Source: a virus
Taxonomy: Duplodnaviria > Caudoviricetes
Direction: 5' to 3' (one strand)
Virus record (IMG/VR): IMGVR_UViG_3300042890_000848
Span: 1-36,717 of that record
DNA: 36,717 bases
Made by a program: the position numbers and the translations under genes. A model generated the notes under the pieces. It saw only the letters and a program-made list of their open reading frames with translations. It did not search any database and was not told where the DNA came from. Every line of letters starts with the position of its first letter. Position 1 is the stretch's first letter. Positions 15,302 to 24,200 of this stretch are shown here, piece by piece.

Positions 15302-15892
15302 ATGGATTCCACGACCATCTGCAATCTTGCCCTCTCGAAAATCGGAGATCAGATGATTATGTCGTTGGACGATCCGAGCATTGAAGCTCGGTTCTGCAAG
15401 CTGCACTACTCGACAACGCTTGCCTCTTTACTGCGGATGCACGATTGGAATTGGGCCGTGGGCATGACCCAACTTGCCCAACTTTCCACGCCTCCCCCCT
15501 TTGATTGGGATTACTCCTACCAGCTTCCCTCTGATTTTGCCCGGATTCTGACGCTCAACGCTTTTCAAGCCAATGAGCCTTACTGCAACTTTGACATCAT
15601 TGGTGACAAACTGATGACCGACGAAAGCAGCGCCTCCATCACCTACGTCAAATCTGCCGTTGACCCGAACCTCTTTGACCCGATGTTCGTGGAGCTACTG
15701 GCGCTTGCCATTGCCGCGAAGCTCGCCAAACCCCTCGGAGGGTCTATGGACATCAAGCAGCGGTTGGAAGGTGACTTCAAGCAGATGCTTGGGGAAGCCC
15801 GGAGGATCGACGCACAGGACTCCTATCCCCGCCGCAAACCAATGTGGCTTAACTCCGACCTCGTTCAGTCACGCTACAACGGCATCTACTGA
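15302..15892 (+). CDS. Tail tubular protein A / head-tail adaptor
   Basis: ICNLALSKIG, HDWNWA, YQLPSD, FDPMFVELLALAIA. Confidence 0.85.
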   Translation: MDSTTICNLALSKIGDQMIMSLDDPSIEARFCKLHYSTTLASLLRMHDWNWAVGMTQLAQLSTPPPFDWDYSYQLPSDFARILTLNAFQANEPYCNFDIIGDKLMTDESSASITYVKSAVDPNLFDPMFVELLALAIAAKLAKPLGGSMDIKQRLEGDFKQMLGEARRIDAQDSYPRRKPMWLNSDLVQSRYNGIY

Positions 15893-18261
15893 TGATTTCA
15901 CAACTGATCTCGTCATTTAATGCGGGTGAGTTCAGCCCGTACCTAGAGGCGCGGACGAATCTCGAAAAATACCGCAACTCCTGCAAGGTACTGGAGAACT
16001 TCGTCATCACCCCCTACGGGCCGGCGAATCGTCGCGCAGGGACAGAGTACCTTGGATCGGCAAAGACATCGGCAACGAGGTCGCGCCTGATCGGTCTCGA
16101 CATCTCCGACACCAACCACATCGTCATGGAGTTGGGTGTGGGCTACATCCGCTTTTGGAAGAACGGGGCGCTCATTACCAATAGCGGAACCCCCGTCGAG
16201 GCAGTCCAAGTCGATTACCTCAATGCCTTAACCGGCCTGACGCCCGTTCACCCTTACCAAGAGGCAGACCTCCGGGCCGTCCAAGTCGTCCAGATCAACA
16301 ACCTTGTCTATCTTTCCCATCCCTCCTACCCGCCGCAGCGTCTCCGCCGTCTGTCAGATACTTCTTGGCAGATTGGTGAGGTTCCTTTTGGAGACGCCTC
16401 CATCAAGAATAATTGGGCGCCGATGCTCGATCAGAACGTCACGACGACGACGCTCACGCCTTCTGCGACTACGGGAACGGCAATCACCCTGACCGCATCC
16501 ACGGGAACCTTCCTAGCCGGTCATGTCGGGAGCTACTTTGAACTAGCACACCCCAACCCCGTCACCTTCATCAGTCAGGACATCACTTCCGCAAATGCCA
16601 CTAGCGGAAGAATTACCGTCTTGGGTAAGTGGAGCCTCCAGACCTTCGGCACATGGAATGCCCAAGTGGACTTGCAAGCGTCCACCGATGGAGGAACAAC
16701 ATTCAAGACCATCCGCACCTACAAGAGCAATGGCGACTACAACGCCACCTCCAGCGGAGAGGAGACTGTTGAAACCCAATTCCAACTCAAGGTCAGCGGA
16801 TTTGTGTCGGGAAGCACGGCACCCCGTGTCATGCTCACCCCTCTTGACCCGACCCTCCGGGGGTTGGTCAGGATCACGGGATTTACCAGCAGCACCTCGG
16901 TCACGGCACGGGTTCTAAAACCACTTGGAGGCACCGGCGCCACCTCGCAATGGCGCGAGGGAGCTTTCTCCGCAGTCCAAGGCTACCCTGCCGCAGTCGC
17001 CTTGCACGATAGTCGCATCATCTATGCCGGCACAGGGAGCAATCCCTCCTCGCTTTGGGGCAGCTACTCCAACGACTTCCAGAACTTCAGACAGGGTGCC
17101 TATGACGCCGACTCATGGTTCTTCACCTTGGCCTCCACCACGGGAGGTCAGATCCAATGGCTTGTTTCCAAGAGCGCCCTCCTGATCGGCACGACCCTTG
17201 ATGAGTGGAGTATGCAGGCGAGTGACCAGACCCGCCCAATCACCCCGACCAATGTCAACGTGCGCCAGCAGTCACACTACGGGTCATCACCCCTTGGGGC
17301 GCAGATCATCAACGACACGGTTCTCTACATCCAGCGGATGAACCGCAAGATCAGGGAACTCATCTACACCTGGTCAAGTGAGTCTTGGGTATCCAATGAC
17401 ATCACCGCCCTTGCCGAGCATACGACCCGGACAGGCATCGTTGAGAATGCCTACCAGAGAGTGCCTGACGCGATCCTCTGGTTCGTGAGAGGAGATGGTC
17501 AGTTGGTTTCGATGACCTATGAGCGTGAACAGCAAGTCGTCGGATTTGCCCGTCACATCACCGATGGAGTGGTGGAGAGTGTCGCCACGATCAATGGCAC
17601 CAATGCCGAGGATGAAGTCTGGCTACTGGTGAGGCGCACGATCAACGGGGCAGCAGTCCGTTATGTGGAAAGGCTCAAGCTCGGATTGCGTGATGCGCTG
17701 GACACCGCAGATAAGAGCAACTGGTGGTATGTGGACTCCGGGGTACTTCGGACATTCGGCACACCCACCGCAACCATCACCGGCCTCTCTCACCTAGAGG
17801 GCAAGGCAGTCTCCGTCTGGGCAGACAACGCCGTGGGGTCTCTGATCGTCTCGCAGCCTACCGTAGTAGGGGGGCAGATCACCTTACAGATCCCTGCCTC
17901 ACGGGTGCTGGTCGGACTCCCCTTCACCTCGACCTTGGTTCCGCAGCGAGTCGATACCAATTTACAGGACGGCACAAGCCAAGGCCGGCGCATGAGGATT
18001 CCGCGCATCAACCTCAAGGTCTATCAGTCCACAGGCGGGGAACTCTCCACCGATGGCGTGAATTGGTTCCCTCTGGTGAGCAGAGTCTTGACCGACAACA
18101 TGGATTCCTCTCCCCCCGTGCTGAATGGATACGAGAGGGCTTACGCTTCATCAAATTGGGCCGATGGGGTGGATCTCTATGTCAGGCAGACCCAACCCGT
18201 TCCATTCACGGTTGCCGCCCTAGTGGTCAACTTTGAGGTGAGCGAGGCCACGCAGAACTAA
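15892..18261 (+). CDS. Tail tubular protein B (nozzle)
   Basis: 789 aa; SSFNAGEFSP.L.AR, GPANRRAGT, GYPAAV.LHDSR, LSHLEGKAV. Confidence 0.9.
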   Translation: MISQLISSFNAGEFSPYLEARTNLEKYRNSCKVLENFVITPYGPANRRAGTEYLGSAKTSATRSRLIGLDISDTNHIVMELGVGYIRFWKNGALITNSGTPVEAVQVDYLNALTGLTPVHPYQEADLRAVQVVQINNLVYLSHPSYPPQRLRRLSDTSWQIGEVPFGDASIKNNWAPMLDQNVTTTTLTPSATTGTAITLTASTGTFLAGHVGSYFELAHPNPVTFISQDITSANATSGRITVLGKWSLQTFGTWNAQVDLQASTDGGTTFKTIRTYKSNGDYNATSSGEETVETQFQLKVSGFVSGSTAPRVMLTPLDPTLRGLVRITGFTSSTSVTARVLKPLGGTGATSQWREGAFSAVQGYPAAVALHDSRIIYAGTGSNPSSLWGSYSNDFQNFRQGAYDADSWFFTLASTTGGQIQWLVSKSALLIGTTLDEWSMQASDQTRPITPTNVNVRQQSHYGSSPLGAQIINDTVLYIQRMNRKIRELIYTWSSESWVSNDITALAEHTTRTGIVENAYQRVPDAILWFVRGDGQLVSMTYEREQQVVGFARHITDGVVESVATINGTNAEDEVWLLVRRTINGAAVRYVERLKLGLRDALDTADKSNWWYVDSGVLRTFGTPTATITGLSHLEGKAVSVWADNAVGSLIVSQPTVVGGQITLQIPASRVLVGLPFTSTLVPQRVDTNLQDGTSQGRRMRIPRINLKVYQSTGGELSTDGVNWFPLVSRVLTDNMDSSPPVLNGYERAYASSNWADGVDLYVRQTQPVPFTVAALVVNFEVSEATQN

Positions 18262-18356
18262 CTTACTTGCTTTTTCTCTTTAATTCGCATACGAAATCAC
18301 TCTTAAATGGAGCTTATTAACATCATCAGCTTGCACAAGCAACCAAAGGAGGCGTC

Positions 18357-19037
18357 ATGTCTGCCTTCGGTATAATTGCTGGCATTACTGGTGGCCTAAA
18401 GGCGGGGGCCGGCATCTTTGGCGTTGATGCCGAGACCAATGCCGCAAGATCCAATGCTCGCCTAAAACGAGCAAGCGCCCAGGCACAAGCGCAGATTTCC
18501 AGATACCAGAACGAACTCAACTACAAGGTGGCAATGGCGCAGAGTCAGCAATCCGCCAACAATGCCAAGGTTCTTCACCAGTACGCCCGTTCGCAGGAGG
18601 TACAGGGGTTTGAGCAGATTAACCGATCATACCAGCAGGAGGAGATGGTTGCGAGTGCTGTAGAGGCCCAATACGGAGCAAGCGGGATTGCCGCCGACAC
18701 GGGAAGCCCTCTCATGGTCGAGGCCCACAATGCAGGCATGGCGCAACTTGCGCGGATGGATTCAGCTTACAAGACGAACCTCTCCGCCTTGGATACCGAT
18801 TGGAAAGGTAAGATGGAAACCTACCAGAGTCAGGTGCAGGCAGAGATGGCGAAGCAGTACCAATACGGAATGCAGATGGCGGATTGGGAAGGTGGGGCAA
18901 TGGCAAATGCCGCCTATAACAACGCCATGACCGCAGCCAACAACGCCCAGATCAGCGGCTACCTTGATGTTGCCACAAGCCTTCTTTCCGATGGCATGGG
19001 CATGATGAAACCAAGCACCGCTAAAGCAACTCGCTAA
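18357..19037 (+). CDS. Internal virion (ejection) protein 1
   Basis: Ala/Gln-rich, YGASGIAADTGSPL motif, AAGGAGG RBS, position after tail B. Confidence 0.75.
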   Translation: MSAFGIIAGITGGLKAGAGIFGVDAETNAARSNARLKRASAQAQAQISRYQNELNYKVAMAQSQQSANNAKVLHQYARSQEVQGFEQINRSYQQEEMVASAVEAQYGASGIAADTGSPLMVEAHNAGMAQLARMDSAYKTNLSALDTDWKGKMETYQSQVQAEMAKQYQYGMQMADWEGGAMANAAYNNAMTAANNAQISGYLDVATSLLSDGMGMMKPSTAKATR

Positions 19038-19041
19038 CCAT

Positions 19042-20865
19042 ATGGCTGTTATCAGACTAGAAGATATCCCCAACGCTCCCGACCTTTCCTCAATGTCGGC
19101 TCCGCAAGTCAACAACGTCAACTTGCCAAATGTGGAACTTGGCGGCGCAAGGGCGGTAGTTGCCCGTGGGTATGATGCCGCAATGCAGAACCCAGCAAAT
19201 GCCGGGGCCATTGCCAATTCCATCTACAAGGGCGCTGATGCTGTCTACAAAGGGGCCAAGACCCTAGCCGACAAGCAGCAGGAGCTAAACGACAATGCGA
19301 CATGGGCCGAGTTCTCTACCAACTACGATTCACAGAAATCGCAACTTGAGGAATCACTCGACAGATCGCGCCCCGAAACATGGGCATCATCTTACGCCAA
19401 CTTCCGAGCCAAGAACGTCGATCCCGCATGGCAGGCACTCCCTGTATCGGTTCAGCAAAAAAGATACGCCGACTACCTAAATCTGACATCCAAGGATCAG
19501 GTCAAGATTGGGCAGGATGCATTCCAAGCAAGAATTGCGGGAGACATGGTGAAGCAACAAACGCATATCAACTTGCTTGTGGAAGCCGGCAAGTTTGAAG
19601 ATGCCAAAAAATCACTAGAGGAGATGCGCCAGTCGCTTTCCCCACAGCAATACGAGACCTCGTTAAGTAAACTGAACACCTCGGAACAGCTTGGGAAACT
19701 CAATTCCATGATTGATCTACGTCCTGATGATTGGGCCGCGAAGTTGTCTGATGTGTATGCCAAGGATGAGCAGATCCCAGGAATGTCAAACATCTCCAAG
19801 GATCAACTTCCTAAACTTATCCAACACGCCGAGAACGTCTCCAAGATTCAACAGGAGCAGAACTTCAACAGCATTTCATCTTCTGTTTCAAACGGGGAGA
19901 TCCAGTCGGTTGTAGATATAGAGAAAGACCCAAGGTTCTCAAAAATCAAAAACCCGCGATTCAAGGAGTCATTAAAGGAAGCTGTTGCGGATAGGTGGCT
20001 TGATACCAAGGCCGGCGAAGCATCATCAAAGTCTGCCATGCTTTCCGTGAAATCATACCCGTCATCAGATGATCCCGTCACAGAAGCTATGGAGCTTCGC
20101 AAAACGATCAATGATAGTGTCCCCTCCAGCTTCCGAGATGCCGTCAACAAGGCGCTTGATTCCAAGATTAACGAGATGGCTTCCAATGGCGGCAAGCTCA
20201 AGCCAGAGACCGAACTGATCCAGTACGGTACGCAGAGGCTTTCCGTTGCCCGTGATGGTGGTGTCTTTGGCAAGTTCTACTCCGACAAGGAGGTAAAGGA
20301 TGATTCCTCTGGAAAGAAGGCCAAGGCAAACATCGACGCCATGAAGCAGATGGAGGATGTGGAGCTTCAGCTTCGCAACTCCGGGGCAAAGACCCGCGCA
20401 GAGGCCGACAAGGTGATTGAAGAGGCTACTGCCGCCGGTCGCGCAAAGCAGGCCGCAGGAGAGATCGGCAATCAGAAAGGATGGTTTGATTTCCTCAAGA
20501 GCAGGAAGAAGGACGAACCAGTTTCCCCCGCCGGCAAGATCACCAAGTACGGATACGAAAAGCCGGGAGAGAAGGACTATGATTCCAATTCTGCCCGTGG
20601 GATCGGAGCCGCAGATAACCAACTGACCCCAGGTGAAAGCGTTGCCCTTTCCCCCGACCTAGAGAAATCAACAGGGGCAAAGATTGGCGATAAGGTCGTA
20701 GTGACCCTATCCAATGGAGAGAAGATGGTGAAGCGGTTCGATGACCGCACCAGCAAGCGCCTCAAGGGTCGCGTGGACATCTACTCACCAGACGGCAATC
20801 AACCCCTTGACGGGGTACGGGTCGCCAAGGTGGAGAAATACACCGAGGACGGCAGTAAGGGATAA
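19042..20865 (+). CDS. Internal virion protein 2 with C-terminal 3D/RlpA-like muralytic domain
   Basis: Helical body; C-terminal ITKYGY...SVALSPDL...IGDKV...FDDRT...RVDIY. Confidence 0.75.
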   Translation: MAVIRLEDIPNAPDLSSMSAPQVNNVNLPNVELGGARAVVARGYDAAMQNPANAGAIANSIYKGADAVYKGAKTLADKQQELNDNATWAEFSTNYDSQKSQLEESLDRSRPETWASSYANFRAKNVDPAWQALPVSVQQKRYADYLNLTSKDQVKIGQDAFQARIAGDMVKQQTHINLLVEAGKFEDAKKSLEEMRQSLSPQQYETSLSKLNTSEQLGKLNSMIDLRPDDWAAKLSDVYAKDEQIPGMSNISKDQLPKLIQHAENVSKIQQEQNFNSISSSVSNGEIQSVVDIEKDPRFSKIKNPRFKESLKEAVADRWLDTKAGEASSKSAMLSVKSYPSSDDPVTEAMELRKTINDSVPSSFRDAVNKALDSKINEMASNGGKLKPETELIQYGTQRLSVARDGGVFGKFYSDKEVKDDSSGKKAKANIDAMKQMEDVELQLRNSGAKTRAEADKVIEEATAAGRAKQAAGEIGNQKGWFDFLKSRKKDEPVSPAGKITKYGYEKPGEKDYDSNSARGIGAADNQLTPGESVALSPDLEKSTGAKIGDKVVVTLSNGEKMVKRFDDRTSKRLKGRVDIYSPDGNQPLDGVRVAKVEKYTEDGSKG

Positions 20866-20866
20866 C

Positions 20867-21112
20867 CTACTTGAAGGTCAGCACCGAGGCGGTCTTGCCA
20901 TCGGGCAGAGTGATGAGGGAGTAATCCACCTTCATAGGGGCAGCCGCCTCATCGTTTGAACGAATCGTATCCGACATTTTAGGGCCAGCATTAAAACGAT
21001 CACAACCCTCTTTAAACTCCGCAATGTTTCTACGGATGTCTTCTGGCGTGAAGATAGGTTCCGCCACCGCATTCCCAACGAGAAGCATCGCAATGAGTAT
21101 CGTCGTCTTCAT
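20867..21112 (-). CDS. Small secreted protein (moron-like)
   Basis: Signal-peptide-like MKTTILIAMLLVGNAVA-EP; fills the gap exactly; minus-strand TTGACG-N17-CGATAT at 21148-21120. Confidence 0.65.
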   Translation of the reverse strand: MKTTILIAMLLVGNAVAEPIFTPEDIRRNIAEFKEGCDRFNAGPKMSDTIRSNDEAAAPMKVDYSLITLPDGKTASVLTFK

Positions 21113-21161
21113 GGTTCCAATATCGCCCCGCTAACAGGGTGGCGTCAACCCCCTTTTCGGA

Positions 21162-21189
21162 TTGCCTTTATCTAGCATGATGTTAGTAA
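21162..21189 (+). promoter_or_regulatory. Putative promoter of the giant virion protein
   Basis: TTGCCT-N16-TAGTAA with GATGTTA at 21179-21185. Confidence 0.5.
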
Positions 21190-21200
21190 GTTAGGCTTTC

Positions 21201-24200
21201 ATGCCTCCAGAAGACCTAACTTCCTCCTCCCCTGCCGCCCCACAGGACGACTCCGCGTTTCTGACATCCCCCGCCCCCACCCCGGAGCAGGCACCCGTAT
21301 TCGCTGACAGGATCGCCCTTGACCAGACCCTTCAACAACCTTCGATGGCAGACCGCATTGCCGTGGATGAGGAGGAGAACAAGAGGCAGCGCCTAGAAAA
21401 TGAGCGCAAAAGGATGAAGGAAGTTGACCTTTTATCCAAGATTCTCCCCGACACAAAAAGCCAGACAAAGGAGATGGCAGGCATCCAGACGCAGGCCAAT
21501 GCCCTGATTGACCCGAAGCTCTACACCGACATGACGGTGAACTGGAGGGCAACTGCCGCACTCATGGGCAAGCCCCTGGACGAGTTGGACGCCACGCAGT
21601 ACGGGGACTACAAGGCGCAGATTGCGGTCAAGCTGAACAAGCCGGCACCCAAGTCAGAGAGTGAGTATCGTTCCATGCTCTCGGAGTATTTCGTCAAGGA
21701 GAAGGGCAAGGACACGGCACTCAACGAACTCTACGGCAATGTCGTGCTGAAGGCTTTCCAAGACACAGGGATGGGCAAGAACCGCGCAATGGTCGGGCTT
21801 CCCACCGAGTATGTGAAGCAATGGGAGGAGCAGCACAAAGACCTGATTGGAGGTGATGCCGGCTTCCACGCACAGGCTAACAGGGTCTACAACCAGACCC
21901 TCAAGGACATCGAAAGCATCCGAGGCAAGGGTGCTGAAACATTCTCCGCCCTCATGGATTTCACGCAGGGCAAGGCCGATGACGAGCGCATCGCCCAAGT
22001 TGCCGAGCATCTATCCTCCTCCACCCCGGAGGAAAGGCAGAAAGTCTACTCCTACATCGGGCTTGCTGCCGAGGCGGGTCACATTGACAGGGCAGGCATA
22101 GAGCAGTTTGCGATCAACATGGGTCAGTCCTTCTCCCGTGGTTTTGACTTCATTCCGCAGGGAACCTTGCAATTACAAGAGGACGCCTTCCGCGAGATGC
22201 GCGACACACTCGCCACGGGCAAGGTCTGGCTACGCAGGAGGGAGGGAACCCCCACCCTCAACGATGTATTCCGCCCCTCGCAGGCAGTTGTAGGTTCCGC
22301 GATCAACATTGACATGACGGGACGGGAGGCCACTCCCGAAGAGGTGGCAACCCTCAAGGCAGAGGCGGAGAAGGATCTTAAGACCTTCGGCGTCATCCGC
22401 GAGCTTCGCAACGCAGCCAAGAGCAGCGTTGATCCGATCAGGCCGGTCTTTGAAGACTCTGCGATTGAGCGTGGAGCATACGGGCTTGCTGGTTCACTTG
22501 GCATCATGGTTCCCGTAGCGATCAACCCCGCAATAGGGATGCTTGCATACCAGGCGCAAGAGTATGACCGCATCATGCTTGAGAACCCCGACATTGATTC
22601 CACCTTTGCCAAGGGGCTTTCGCTTGTGGAGGGTGCCGGCAATGCCGCCTTGGATCGCCTCCAGTTGGGCGCGATCAACGGAAAGCTCCCCGTCTTTGGT
22701 GGTCTACTGAATGGCATCAAGAACAACGGCATCCGCAGGGTGCTGACTACGGTTGGCGTCGAGATACTTGAGCAGAACTTACAGGAGGGGGCGCAGGATC
22801 TTATTGCACCCCTCACCGAGACGATGGCAGCAGCACTCCGCGAGGATATGCCTGACAAGGATTTCGGGGAACTGATGAAGGATTATGTGGGGAGCCGCGC
22901 AGAGACCTTCTTTGCCGTGCTTCCCCTCGCCCTCCTTGGTGGAGGTATCGGGACGTATCGTGACCTCAAGAACCCGGCAATGCAGTTGGCAGACAAGCAA
23001 CTTGCAATGGCTGGATTCGGGCCTGCCCAGAGGGACTACATCAATCAGGCATCCTCACTTGAGGAGAAGGCTACCCGTGTTGAGCAGGAATGGAGCAAGC
23101 GCACCGAGCAGGACATCGCCGCAGGGAAGGAGCAACTTGCCGCCTCCATTGCCGAGGCTAGGTCGCAGAAGGCCGGCGACACCGTTGAGGTGAATACCAA
23201 GGCAGACGGCACAAGCGAATGGATCGTGCGTGACCCTGCCGGCAAGGAGGTCGCCCGTGTCGCAAGCGAGGATGAGGCAGTCACCATCATTGCAGACCGA
23301 GGCGAAGCCGAGATCAAGAGTCAGGCCAATGTCGTTGCCGACCTTCTGGACTCCGATTGGAGGAAGGACAAGCTCCCGAACTTTGAAGCGCAGTTCGGTG
23401 GCGAAGTCACCCCGGAGCAGTTGCTCAAGGATGCCGAGGCCAAGGGTGACAAGAAGCTCGTCGAGTCCATCAAGGCATCCATCGAAGCTCACGGCAACGA
23501 CCCTGCCGAGTTGTCCAAGCTCCGTATTCTGGGAGAGTCATGGGTGACACCCTATGCCGAAGGGCAGTATAAGGCTTTCGTGAAGCTGAATGAGGGATCA
23601 ACCGCGCAGGACGCCTTTGAGGAGATCGTTCACAACATCTTTGACATTGATATTGCCGAGGGCCGCATCACCAAGGAGCAGGCTCGTGAATGGGTCAGTC
23701 AGACCGCCGCCGCCGGCGTTGCAGGATACAAGTTTGGAACCGATGCCGAGGTCAGAGAGAGCATGGCACAGATTGCCCAGGACTTCGCCCGTAACAAGAT
23801 TGACCAGACCAATCTCCCCTCCTCTTTTGTGGCGTTCCTCAAGAAACTCTACACCGAGTTTGTGGAGTTTATGCGTCGAGCCAAGCTGCTAGATCAAGCA
23901 TTTGCGGAGGGCAAGATTGATGCCGAGTTTGAACGTTACCTATCCGAGAAGATCGGCTTAAGTGACGCCACCATGATTGAGCGTGAGGTCAACAGGATTG
24001 AGGGAGAACAGGGTGGTGGACAGCAACTAGACCTCTTCCAAGACTCCCGCGCCACTCCCGAAGCAGGAGCAGATGTCCGCACGGTTGGAGACACCAAGAT
24101 CGTCGGGCCGACTAGCTTTGCTATCCGCGCCTACCACGGAACCCCGCATGAAGTTGACCGATTCTCTACGGAGAAGATCGGCACAGGCGAAGGGGCACAA

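Noticed and set aside
14285-15406. 373-aa antisense ORF over the capsid gene
   Set aside because: Mirror-frame artefact of a strongly biased gene; it also crosses a terminator
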